A stretch of DNA of 64,000 nt from an uncultured Candidatus Saccharibacteria bacterium (GTDB taxonomy: Bacteria > Patescibacteriota > UBA1384 > JAMDBS01 > CAYSHH01): positions 6,473 through 70,472 of the forward strand of contig CAYSHH010000001.1 of the NCBI GenBank assembly GCA_964430945.1. Reading direction: 5' to 3'. The notes under the pieces are model-generated. The model was not told the DNA's origin, did no database searches, and saw only the letters and a list, made by a program, of their open reading frames with translations. The translations under genes were made by a program, and so were the position numbers. Positions 21,694 to 31,239 of the stretch are shown one piece after another. Every line of letters starts with the position of its first letter. The first letter of the stretch is position 1.

Positions 21694-22641
21694 TTGGCCG
21701 ATAGTAGATGTATCCCTCATAATAAGATCATAAGTTATCTAAAATCTTTACTAAAAGACTATATTGTTTATTATCCAATAAAACCCCAAAAAGAAATTAT
21801 TTTTACAAATGACCCCAATCGAGCTGATGAATTTTATTGGGGACTCTCTCACATACCCCCCAAACAATTTTTTATCCCACAAAAAGAAGAACTTCTTAGA
21901 TACAAAAATAATCAACCTTCTGTCCCATCAATAAATACATCTAAAAAAATAATTTTTGGTTTACATCCATACGACATAAAAGCTATCGCCATTTTAGACA
22001 AAATATTCTTTGAAAAACGTCCTGATTTTTATTATCAAAGAAGAAGAAATAATTTTCTTATTATTGGTATGGGTGATAACGAATTTGAAAGCTATTTTGA
22101 GCCTGATATATTTCTCAATACTAATGCGGACACATATGAAGTAATTTTAAAAAATCCAGTTGCCAAACCCCTACTTGATTATAAAAATATTTTTCGAAAA
22201 TCAGTATTCGAACCCGATAATAAATACTATAAAGAAGAACCGCTTTTTTCCAATATCAAAGAACTCTCCCAATCTGTTGAAAAATCGCATACATCAAAAA
22301 TTTGGGACGAACTCGCTAAAATTGATCTTGGGTGTGGCATTTGTTCTTATACTTGCCCACTATGCTATTGTTTTGATCTGGACAACGAACTTTGTTTGGA
22401 AAATAATTGTGATGCCAAAAAATATCGCTCCCACTCAAGTTGCTACCACAAAGATTTTGCCGAAACATCATCCATAAATTTTCACGGCAGGCTTAGAGAG
22501 AGAATTTATGATTGGTACCATCATAAATTTGTCCGCATGCCCAGAGAAATTGGACATGTTGGATGTGTTGATTGCGGTAGATGTATTAAATACTGCCCTG
22601 CGAAAATTAATTTTAAAAACGTCCTTAAAAGTTTACAATGA
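21694..22641 (+). CDS. Group 3b (sulf)hydrogenase beta subunit (AsrA/HydB-like 4Fe-4S protein)
   Basis: CGICSYTCPLCYC and CVDCGRCIKYCP motifs; SD AAGGAGG before TTG. Confidence 0.9.
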   Translation: MADSRCIPHNKIISYLKSLLKDYIVYYPIKPQKEIIFTNDPNRADEFYWGLSHIPPKQFFIPQKEELLRYKNNQPSVPSINTSKKIIFGLHPYDIKAIAILDKIFFEKRPDFYYQRRRNNFLIIGMGDNEFESYFEPDIFLNTNADTYEVILKNPVAKPLLDYKNIFRKSVFEPDNKYYKEEPLFSNIKELSQSVEKSHTSKIWDELAKIDLGCGICSYTCPLCYCFDLDNELCLENNCDAKKYRSHSSCYHKDFAETSSINFHGRLRERIYDWYHHKFVRMPREIGHVGCVDCGRCIKYCPAKINFKNVLKSLQ

Positions 22642-23444
22642 TAAATATGAATAAATACCATCAAACAAAGATTAAAATAAAAAATATTACCAAGATTCAA
22701 GATAATCTTAGAATATTTACATTCACACCAGGTCACAATACTTTCATACCTGGGCAATTTTTTATGCTCGATATTCCCGGTTTCTCTGAAGCGCCTTTTA
22801 CCCCTACTAATTTTCCAAATACATCAAGCATTGAATTTCTTATTCAAAAAAAAGATAAAGGATTATTCACTGATAAGTTATTCTCACTTAAAATTAGTGA
22901 CACTATTCTTGCAAGAGGACCGTATGGAAATGGGTTTGACCTTCAAAAGTTAAAAGGAAAAAATGTTGCGCTTATTGCTGGTGGATGCGGTTTAGCTCCG
23001 ATAAAATCAGCCATGGAATATTTGTATCGCAAAAGTTCATACTATGGCCAGATCCAATTATTTTATGGCGTAAATACTATTCGAGATTTTGCTTACAAAA
23101 AAGATATTTTATCAAAAAGTGATAAAATTGAAATAATATACACAGTTGCCAAATCTGACAAAAGCTATCGTGGAAATATTGGTTTCGTTGATAAACTTAT
23201 CGACAAAAATACTATCAAAAAAAATTCAGTAGCTATACTTTGTGGACCAGAAATCATGTATAGGGGAGTTATTGAAAAACTAATATCCTTAGGTTTAAAT
23301 CCAGAGGATATTTATCTTCAATATGAACGTAGAATGCATTGTGGTACTGGTACCTGTCAACACTGTGTTTGTGGCGACAAATATGTTTGCCTTGACGGCC
23401 CAGTTTTTACCTATAAGCAAATATTAAAAATGGATATAAAATGA
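22638..23444 (+). CDS. Group 3b hydrogenase gamma subunit (FAD/NAD(P)-binding, 2Fe-2S)
   Basis: PGQF, RGPYGNGF, AGGCGLAP, CGPEIM, ERRMHCGTGTCQHC...C.DGPVF. Confidence 0.92.
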   Translation: MINMNKYHQTKIKIKNITKIQDNLRIFTFTPGHNTFIPGQFFMLDIPGFSEAPFTPTNFPNTSSIEFLIQKKDKGLFTDKLFSLKISDTILARGPYGNGFDLQKLKGKNVALIAGGCGLAPIKSAMEYLYRKSSYYGQIQLFYGVNTIRDFAYKKDILSKSDKIEIIYTVAKSDKSYRGNIGFVDKLIDKNTIKKNSVAILCGPEIMYRGVIEKLISLGLNPEDIYLQYERRMHCGTGTCQHCVCGDKYVCLDGPVFTYKQILKMDIK

Positions 23445-24229
23445 AACCTAAAAAAACTTTAGCCATTTTCGATTTAACTGACTGTGAAGGATGTGAAGTT
23501 GAATTCTTATCACTAAGAAGATCCAAAGATTTTGCATTTCTCGAAAAACATTTTAATATTAAAAATTGGAGACTTCTTACTGCTCACGAGAAATCTGGAT
23601 TTTTTGATGTCGCATTCATTGAAGGATCGCCAGTAACACTTAATGAAATTCATCTTTTAAAGAAAATACGCGCCAACTCCAAGACAGTAATCGCTCTTGG
23701 AGCATGTGCTTCTATTGGCGGAATACCTGCAATATTAAGTGAAAACAAAAGACAAAAACTTGTCAGATATGTTTATGGTAAAAGATACAAGGCTAAAGCA
23801 CTAAACGCCAAACCAATAACAAAATATATCGATGTCGATTACCATCTTTCTGGATGTCCAATAAGTCCACATGAACTTAAACAATTACTCATTGATATTG
23901 CATATGACAAACAGCTAAAAGAAAATCCTAATTCTGTTTGTTATGACTGTAAAGCAAAAGGAAATGAATGCTTACTAATTCAAGGAAAACCCTGTCTTGG
24001 TCCAATTACCAAGGGTGGATGTGGAGCAATTTGTCCAGAAAATGGTCAACATTGTTATGGATGCTGGGGACTAAAAAAAGATGCTAACTTTCCTGCAATG
24101 ATCATTACTCTAAAAAAACATGGATTCAAAAAATCTGAAATCAAAAAAATTATGGATATCTTTCTCGAAGAGTCAGATGGCTATCAAAAATATCTTAGAA
24201 ACAAAACAAAAATTCAAATTAAAATATAA
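23441..24229 (+). CDS. Group 3b NiFe hydrogenase small (delta) subunit
   Basis: CEGC, IEGS, LGACA..GG, GCP, VCYDC, CLGPIT.GGCGAICP...CYGC. Confidence 0.93.
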   Translation: MKPKKTLAIFDLTDCEGCEVEFLSLRRSKDFAFLEKHFNIKNWRLLTAHEKSGFFDVAFIEGSPVTLNEIHLLKKIRANSKTVIALGACASIGGIPAILSENKRQKLVRYVYGKRYKAKALNAKPITKYIDVDYHLSGCPISPHELKQLLIDIAYDKQLKENPNSVCYDCKAKGNECLLIQGKPCLGPITKGGCGAICPENGQHCYGCWGLKKDANFPAMIITLKKHGFKKSEIKKIMDIFLEESDGYQKYLRNKTKIQIKI

Positions 24230-24342
24230 ATTAATATGTACGACATCCCTCAAATCTCTTTCCGCAGATATACACAAATAGATATTGAGTAATCTGTAAT
24301 ATCCGTGAAAAAAAGATTAGTGGGAAAAAGTCAACTTAAATT

Positions 24343-25599
24343 ATGATTAAACAATACATTGCCAAAATAGAAGGACATGGAACGCTTAACATTGATTTTA
24401 ACAAAGACAAGGTCAAGCTCAGCATTGAAGAAGGAGAACGCCTCATAGAAGGGATCATGCTTGATAGACCTTACTACGACGCCCCATTCATCACTTCTCG
24501 CATTTGCGGAGTATGTCCCATTGCTCACAACACTGCATCACTTCTTGCTCTTGAGAATGCGTTTAAAATAAAAATTGATCGTACTACCCAAAGACTAAGA
24601 GACCTCATGATTTGCACTCAAATGATTCAAAGTCATGCTTTGCATTTATATTTTTTATCTTTAAGCGATTACCTTAATACAGATTCCACTCTGGCTCTTG
24701 CCGATTCAAACCCAAAAATATTTGCCGATGCACTCCAAATAAAAAAAGTTTCCGATCACTTGGCAGATGCCTCTGCGGGTAGAAACGTCCATCCAATATC
24801 ACCAACGATTGGCGGGTTTTTAAAAATTCCGACTAAAACAACATTGCAGAAATTACTAAATGAATTAAATACTGCCGAAGAAGCAATATTAAATACTGTT
24901 AAACTTTTTAGTAAACTTAATTATCCAGAATTATCAAACACCACTAAATATCTAGCCTTATCATCCACGCGTGATTACCCAACAATCTCCGAAACAGTAG
25001 AATCTAGCTCTGGAGAAGTTTTTGTAAAAAGAAATTATGAAAAAAATATCATAGAAAAAGTACGCCTCAGTTCCCCAACAAAATATGCAACTTACAAAGG
25101 TAGTCCATTTATGCTCGGGGCATTATCTCGTCTTTCTATAAATCCAAATCACCTCAACAAATTTTCCAAAGATTTATATTCGCGATATAAAACCAATCTT
25201 GGTAATTTCCCAGCCTACAATAGTTTCCATAATAATTTTGCCCAAGCTATAGAGATTGCCCACTTTTATGAAAAAGCCAAAATGATAATCGGTAAACTGT
25301 TGAATGACAAATCTTATAAATTTAAGAAACCACCGGTCATCAAACCCAGACAGGCAAAAGTATATGGTTTAGTAGAAGCTCCCAGGGGAATTCTATATCA
25401 TTATTATGAAATCACCAATGGTGGAAAAATTAAAAATTGTAATATTATCACCCCCACAGCCCAATCACTCACAAATCTTGAAAAAGATTGCCAAGCACTT
25501 ATAAAACAAACAAACAATTTATCAAATAAAGAACGTACTCGCCTTATCGAAATGCTCATTCGCGCCTATGATCCGTGTATTACATGCTCTGTGCACTAA
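24343..25599 (+). CDS. Group 3b-like NiFe hydrogenase large (alpha) subunit
   Basis: KIEGHG, L1 SRICGVCPIAH, EAPRG, L2 YDPCITCSVH followed directly by the stop. Confidence 0.95.
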   Translation: MIKQYIAKIEGHGTLNIDFNKDKVKLSIEEGERLIEGIMLDRPYYDAPFITSRICGVCPIAHNTASLLALENAFKIKIDRTTQRLRDLMICTQMIQSHALHLYFLSLSDYLNTDSTLALADSNPKIFADALQIKKVSDHLADASAGRNVHPISPTIGGFLKIPTKTTLQKLLNELNTAEEAILNTVKLFSKLNYPELSNTTKYLALSSTRDYPTISETVESSSGEVFVKRNYEKNIIEKVRLSSPTKYATYKGSPFMLGALSRLSINPNHLNKFSKDLYSRYKTNLGNFPAYNSFHNNFAQAIEIAHFYEKAKMIIGKLLNDKSYKFKKPPVIKPRQAKVYGLVEAPRGILYHYYEITNGGKIKNCNIITPTAQSLTNLEKDCQALIKQTNNLSNKERTRLIEMLIRAYDPCITCSVH

Positions 25600-25608
25600 A
25601 AAACTCGC

Positions 25609-26301
25609 TTAAGATCTAAGCGAGTTATAAAAACGAAAATTTCTTTCATATATCCCATTTAAGAATTGGTAGTCAATTTCTAGACTCTTGCGAGCCATAG
25701 TATTAAAGTCATCAAATATCTCATCTTGTGAGCTCAATAGCTCGGCAATAATTGTTTGATTTTCTTCAGTCGTATAGTCCAGAGATTCTACGACAACTCC
25801 AAAGTGCACCAGATGCACTATTTGTCTGTTTGGGTCCCTGGAATAATATAAATTTTTCAATAAAAGATTATTATATCTCTTTGAAAACAATTTCAGTCGA
25901 GTATGATCACTAACATCGACTATCGCTGGTTTGATAATATGAGAAATCAGAAACTCATCTAGGCTAAATTTTTCATGCCAAAAATCAGTCTGACCTCCAT
26001 ATATATACATCTCTTTCATCGCCTCAAGATGTACTTCGTCTGCAAAAGCCATGATAACATCTTTTTTTGTGATCGATTTACCACTGCTTTCTGAAAATGC
26101 TTTATAGCAACCGATAGTACAACTACCGGTTTTTATTTGCTCATATGTATCAGCTAAAGTAGCCGGTGCATCCATTTCTAAGAAACGAGAGCAATTTTGT
26201 AAAACATTTTTATGATAAACACAACTCAACCAGATCCTCTGGAACAATTTCAATGCCTCTTCTGTAAATTTAAATTCACGAAAATCAGGTAAATTAAACA
26301 A
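25609..26301 (-). CDS. Hypothetical protein, possible divergent DUF6390 paralogue
   Basis: SD AGGAGG overlaps the upstream stop, probable TTG start at 26301 (ORF track gives 26319); similar length and C-terminal pattern to DUF6390. Confidence 0.65.
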   Translation of the reverse strand: MFNLPDFREFKFTEEALKLFQRIWLSCVYHKNVLQNCSRFLEMDAPATLADTYEQIKTGSCTIGCYKAFSESSGKSITKKDVIMAFADEVHLEAMKEMYIYGGQTDFWHEKFSLDEFLISHIIKPAIVDVSDHTRLKLFSKRYNNLLLKNLYYSRDPNRQIVHLVHFGVVVESLDYTTEENQTIIAELLSSQDEIFDDFNTMARKSLEIDYQFLNGIYERNFRFYNSLRS

Positions 26302-26315
26302 ATAAATCAGCCTCC

Positions 26316-27023
26316 TCAAACAATCGCGTTAATTATACCTAGATGGTATCTATTCCATCTTTCTAAGTTTTTAATTTGCGTATCTGTAATCTTATCACAT
26401 ATCCAATCCCAATGAAACGATACATTATCACCAATAAAATATTTATCCAATCCAGTCGTCCTTACATTCCTAATCTCTTCACTACCAATAAGCATTTTAT
26501 TCTTAAAAACAATAGGATTATATTTTACTTTAATCACATCACTTTTTGTTTCAATCACTGTTCCTGGAAGTATTAGACAATTGTTTACGTGATCCATTAT
26601 CTTTCTATTTTTATTTTTCTTAGCAAACAATGATAGTACATGAAAACTATGATGTGGCTTTGCACCATATCCGTGCGATTCTCCAAATACTATATCCAGC
26701 GCATGTCTATCCCACTGTCCTTTATACTGATCTCTCAAATATTGATAGTAATTATTTATCGAAACGTTGGCCAAAAGTTCATTTCCTATCCAATAGGCTT
26801 CAACTACCTTCTTGGAAAATGGATCTAATATTTTATTTGCTCGGGCAATATATAAAAGATTTGGATATGCACCATCAAATTTTGTAAGTAGTTCTATGAG
26901 GCCTTGATCAACTTTCTCATGTAAAAAATAATCAAAAATAGCCCTATTATTACTAGGACCACAATATCTAAGCTTATTTGGAGGATAAGCATACTTTATA
27001 AAATCAAGCGCTCCATTTTGCAT
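26316..27023 (-). CDS. DUF6390 family protein
   Basis: YAYPPN.L.YCGP, GAYP.L..IA......DPF...VVEAYWIGN.LL, PHHSFHV, GD.VS.HWDW.CD. Confidence 0.85.
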   Translation of the reverse strand: MQNGALDFIKYAYPPNKLRYCGPSNNRAIFDYFLHEKVDQGLIELLTKFDGAYPNLLYIARANKILDPFSKKVVEAYWIGNELLANVSINNYYQYLRDQYKGQWDRHALDIVFGESHGYGAKPHHSFHVLSLFAKKNKNRKIMDHVNNCLILPGTVIETKSDVIKVKYNPIVFKNKMLIGSEEIRNVRTTGLDKYFIGDNVSFHWDWICDKITDTQIKNLERWNRYHLGIINAIV

Positions 27024-27042
27024 ATCCCAATTGTATCATATG

Positions 27043-27303
27043 CTAATGACTGTGTGAGCAAGCATGTGAGTGAGTATGTCCATGACGATGATCATGTGGA
27101 CATTGTTTGATAAGAGAAAATATATTGTCTGCTTCTTTTTTGGTTATCTTATTTATAGCCAAATCTCCATGTACCAAAAGCCAATCACCCTTTTTTACGC
27201 TAGGTACTAAAGAAATATCTATCTTTTTATCATCTTCGATTAATACTTTTGACTTTTCGTCTTTAACTTTTAATTTTACCTGTACTGGCGTCGCCATACA
27301 CAT
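27043..27303 (-). CDS. hypC: Hydrogenase maturation chaperone HypC with His-rich tail
   Basis: N-terminal MCMATP, GDWLLVHG..AI..I, C-terminal CPHDHRHGHTHSHACSHSH. Confidence 0.9.
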   Translation of the reverse strand: MCMATPVQVKLKVKDEKSKVLIEDDKKIDISLVPSVKKGDWLLVHGDLAINKITKKEADNIFSLIKQCPHDHRHGHTHSHACSHSH

Positions 27304-27342
27304 AAATCACTCCTTTACCATATAGCTAGTTTCAAATATTTT

Positions 27343-28341
27343 CTACAATTTATGATTTACAATCTTTTCCGCCAACTCAACAAGTCTATTCGCATAACCC
27401 CATTCATTGTCATACCACGCCACTACCTTCACCATATCACCGTCAACAACTTTTGTAAGACTTAGATCTACTATTGATGAAAAATTATTACCGATAACGT
27501 CTGAAGACACGATTGGATCAGTTGTACACATAACTACATTTTTATATTCTAAATTATCACATGCTTTTACGAGAATACTATTTACTTCCCCTTCTGTTAC
27601 TTTCTTCTCAAGAAGGAAAGTAAAATCAGCTAATGATCCACAAGCAACAGGAACCCTGATAGCCATACCATCAAATTTTCCCTTAAGACCAGGTATTGTT
27701 TCCGTTGTCGCTTGAGCAGCACCAGTCGTAGTAGGAATGATATTCTCCCCAGCTGTTCTTCCACGTCTAGCATCTTTGTGCGGCCCATCAACCAAGCTCT
27801 GATCAGCAGTATAGGCATGCACCGTACTCATCATGGCCTTTTTAACTCCAAAAGCATCATTGATAATCTTAGCTACAGGTGCAATACAGTTTGTAGTACA
27901 ACTAGCGTTATTTATTATCTCATCGTTCTTGTATTCATTATCATTAACCCCAATTACATAAGTTTTCGTTACTTTGTCTTTTGCAGGTGCCGATATAATC
28001 ACTTTTTTTGCACCAGCAGATATATGAGCCTTTGCATCTTTTGTAGTTCTAAATATTCCAGTACACTCAAGCACAACATCTATTTCAAGTTCTTCCCATG
28101 GTAATTTATAAGGATCTTTCTCGGAAAGATACTCTATCTTTTTATTTGACACGATTATTTCTCTATCGCCAACGTCGACTGGTTCACTATATCCGCCATA
28201 AACACTATCATATTTAAGAAGATAAGCCATATTTTCTATATCACCCAAATCATTTATTGCCACCACATCAATACCTCGCTCAAGTGCAATTTTTAAAGCA
28301 GCCCTTCCTATTCGACCAAAACCATTGATTGCAATTTTCAT
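27343..28341 (-). CDS. gap: Glyceraldehyde-3-phosphate dehydrogenase, type I
   Basis: INGFGRIGR, ASCTTNC, WYDNEWGY. Confidence 0.98.
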   Translation of the reverse strand: MKIAINGFGRIGRAALKIALERGIDVVAINDLGDIENMAYLLKYDSVYGGYSEPVDVGDREIIVSNKKIEYLSEKDPYKLPWEELEIDVVLECTGIFRTTKDAKAHISAGAKKVIISAPAKDKVTKTYVIGVNDNEYKNDEIINNASCTTNCIAPVAKIINDAFGVKKAMMSTVHAYTADQSLVDGPHKDARRGRTAGENIIPTTTGAAQATTETIPGLKGKFDGMAIRVPVACGSLADFTFLLEKKVTEGEVNSILVKACDNLEYKNVVMCTTDPIVSSDVIGNNFSSIVDLSLTKVVDGDMVKVVAWYDNEWGYANRLVELAEKIVNHKL

Positions 28342-28343
28342 AT

Positions 28344-29084
28344 TCACCCCTTTAAATTATCATATATTTTATTAAAGTTATTTACATCTAAACTTGAACT
28401 ACCTACCAAAAAACCATTGATGCTTGTTTCGTCTAAAAATGATTTTATGTTTTGACTATTGATACTTCCTCCATATAGAAATCTAATCTTGTGAGTTACT
28501 AGTCTATTATAAATCACAGCCAATCTCTCATGTGCTGATTCTATCATTTCTCTTGCATGAGATGCGCTAGATACTTCACCAGTACCAATAGCCCAAACCG
28601 GCTCATAGGCAAAAACAACTTTTTTAATTTCATGGCTAGATAATCCTTGAATCGATTTAGCTACTTGGGCAAGAGTATGATCTATACCTTCTTCTTTTGT
28701 TTCCTCGCCAAAACAAATAATTGGTCTCAAATTGTTTTTTATTGCCATTTTAACTTTAAGATGAACTGCTTCATTTGTTTCATGGAAAAAACGTTTTCTT
28801 TCCGAATGTCCAAGTATTACATATTTAGCAAATTGTCGCACCATTGGAGCAGAAACTTCACCAGTAATAGCACCTCGCTCAAGATAATGAATATTTTGAG
28901 CACCGATTTCGATATGTGAGTTTTTTAATTTCTTGTATGTACTTTCAAGCCATATTGACGGAGGACAAACAACAATTTTAACATCATCATTTTTCTTAAG
29001 ATGATTTTTATAAAAATCTAAAAAATCCATCGCTTCGCGATATGTAGTATTCATTTTCCAATTAGCGACTAAAAGTTTCCGCAT
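28344..29084 (-). CDS. tpiA: Triosephosphate isomerase
   Basis: ANWKMN, LGHSER, AYEPVWAIGTG, YGGS. Confidence 0.97.
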   Translation of the reverse strand: MRKLLVANWKMNTTYREAMDFLDFYKNHLKKNDDVKIVVCPPSIWLESTYKKLKNSHIEIGAQNIHYLERGAITGEVSAPMVRQFAKYVILGHSERKRFFHETNEAVHLKVKMAIKNNLRPIICFGEETKEEGIDHTLAQVAKSIQGLSSHEIKKVVFAYEPVWAIGTGEVSSASHAREMIESAHERLAVIYNRLVTHKIRFLYGGSINSQNIKSFLDETSINGFLVGSSSLDVNNFNKIYDNLKG

Positions 29085-29127
29085 TTAACCCTCCATCTCT
29101 CTTTACAGAAAGAAAATATTTATAAGA

Positions 29128-29931
29128 TTATTTCCCAGCTTGTTTTTTTTGATTATTTACTTCATTCTCAACATAAGCGTTCATTGTCACCATGTCTTTA
29201 TAATCAAACCCCTTATATCCACCAAGAATTTCTAATGGCACTGCAAAAACGACAGTATTGGACTGATCGCTTGAAAGATCATTTATTGACTGCAAAGTTC
29301 TTAAATGCAACGCTCCAGGTGAGTTTGACAACATCCTTGCAGCTTTCGACATGTTTTCAGCTGATGCAACTTCTCCTTCGGCTTTAATAATCACTGCTCT
29401 TCTTTCACGCTCTGCCTCAGCTTCCTTGCCAATAGTTCTTTTTAATTGTTCTGGAAGTTCAACATGCTTAAGTTCTACTGATTCTACTTTTATGCCCCAC
29501 GGATCAGTTGCCTTATCTACAATCTCACGAATTCTTTTTGATACATCGTCACGATTTGAAAGCAGCTCATCTAAAGTTACTTCTCCGACTACATCTCTCA
29601 TTGTAGTCTGAGCAAGTTGAGATACTGCAAAATCAAAATATTCGACTTCTATTATTGCCTTCGCTGCATCAGAAACTTTAAAATAAAGTACTGCATTAAC
29701 TTTCAAAGATACGTTATCTTTAGTAATCGCATCTTGATCTGGTACATCTACCGCTTTAGTTCGTATATCAACTTTTTGCATACTTTGAAAAACTGGTAAT
29801 ATCACATGCCACCCAGGCTGAACAATCTTAGTAAAACGTCCAAAAGTGAATAATACGCCTCTTTGATACTGATTGATCTGTCGTATAAATGAAAAGATCA
29901 GAATTATAAATATTATTAAGATAATATACAT
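29128..29931 (-). CDS. SPFH/stomatin (slipin) family protein
   Basis: N-terminal TM, ITKDNV, AQTTMRDVVG, WGIKV..VE, AEAERERRA. Confidence 0.93.
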   Translation of the reverse strand: MYIILIIFIILIFSFIRQINQYQRGVLFTFGRFTKIVQPGWHVILPVFQSMQKVDIRTKAVDVPDQDAITKDNVSLKVNAVLYFKVSDAAKAIIEVEYFDFAVSQLAQTTMRDVVGEVTLDELLSNRDDVSKRIREIVDKATDPWGIKVESVELKHVELPEQLKRTIGKEAEAERERRAVIIKAEGEVASAENMSKAARMLSNSPGALHLRTLQSINDLSSDQSNTVVFAVPLEILGGYKGFDYKDMVTMNAYVENEVNNQKKQAGK

Positions 29932-29945
29932 AAATCAACCTCTTT

Positions 29946-31160
29946 CTAAATATTTTTTAAACTATTAATTTTAATCAATTTAGATTCCTTTTCATTGCGC
30001 ATTTTTATCTCAACACTATCCTTTTCTAAAGTTTTTCTGCTAACAACAATCCTTATTGGCATGCCCATAAGATCAGCATCGGCAAATTTTTGTCCTGCTG
30101 ATACATCACGATCATCGATAAGACAATTGTCTTCACCAAATACCCTGATTACTTCTGATAGTTTTTCAGTGTCATCTGACAATTGTATTATATGATATTT
30201 ATAAGGTGCAACACTTTCAGGTAAAATCATTCCGTTTTCATCATGAAAAATCTCAGCAATTGTCCCCATAACTCTTGATGGACCAATACCATAGCATCCC
30301 ATAATAATCGGTCTATCTTTACCATCTTTATCTTTATATGTCATATTAAATGAATCTGAAAATTTAGCCTTTAATTTAAATATATTGGCTACTTCAATTG
30401 ATCTCATTTCTTCCAAATTTTTCCCCCCACACTCAGGGCATGTTTTTTGAACATCAATAATTTCTTTGTTTACTCCAGCCCCGCATTTTTTACACATATG
30501 AACTGTATCTTCACCAGTAGGACAAACAGCCTGAAACTCATGCGAAAATTTTGAAAAAGTCCCGCCAGATGCATAAACCAAATGTGTTAATTTACCCAAT
30601 CCAAGCCTCTTAAATATATTAAAATATGCTTTGATTGCTTTTTTATAATATTTATCAAGATCAGTCTCGTCTACATGAAAACTATACAGATCTTTCATGA
30701 TAAATTCTCTGCCACGAAGAAGTCCACTTCTGGCCCTTGGCTCGTTTCTAAATTTTGTTTGTATTTGATAAACCGCAACTGGTAAATCTTTATAAGAATT
30801 AATAAATTTTTGCACCAATGGTGTAACCACCTCTTCATGGGATTGATTTAAAACAAAATCACTACCGCTATGAAGTTTTGTTCTGAAAAGTATATCAAGA
30901 TTATCGCGTTTGGTTTTTTTATAGTTTTCGATAGAAGTCAAAGTTGGCATAAGTATCTCTTGACCCCCAATACCATTAATTTCTTCACGTATAATACTAT
31001 TAATTTTTCCAACCATTACAAGACCAAGCGGTAAATAACTATAAACCCCAGCCATCTGTTTAGACACAAATCCGGCTCGCTCTAAAAGTTGAGCATTAAT
31101 TGATTTCTCATCCTTTGATATTTCTTTTTGAGTTTTTGTAAACAATTTTGATAAATACAT
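29946..31160 (-). CDS. proS: Prolyl-tRNA synthetase (short form, no INS editing domain)
   Basis: QIQTKFRNEPR.RSGLLRGREFIMKDLYSF, MGCYGIG, KFADADLMG. Confidence 0.95.
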   Translation of the reverse strand: MYLSKLFTKTQKEISKDEKSINAQLLERAGFVSKQMAGVYSYLPLGLVMVGKINSIIREEINGIGGQEILMPTLTSIENYKKTKRDNLDILFRTKLHSGSDFVLNQSHEEVVTPLVQKFINSYKDLPVAVYQIQTKFRNEPRARSGLLRGREFIMKDLYSFHVDETDLDKYYKKAIKAYFNIFKRLGLGKLTHLVYASGGTFSKFSHEFQAVCPTGEDTVHMCKKCGAGVNKEIIDVQKTCPECGGKNLEEMRSIEVANIFKLKAKFSDSFNMTYKDKDGKDRPIIMGCYGIGPSRVMGTIAEIFHDENGMILPESVAPYKYHIIQLSDDTEKLSEVIRVFGEDNCLIDDRDVSAGQKFADADLMGMPIRIVVSRKTLEKDSVEIKMRNEKESKLIKINSLKNI

Positions 31161-31239
31161 AATCAGTTTTTAACTTATAATATTCAATATGTTTCAAATT
31201 ATACCGATGGTCAATAATTGTCCTTTGTATCAAAATATA

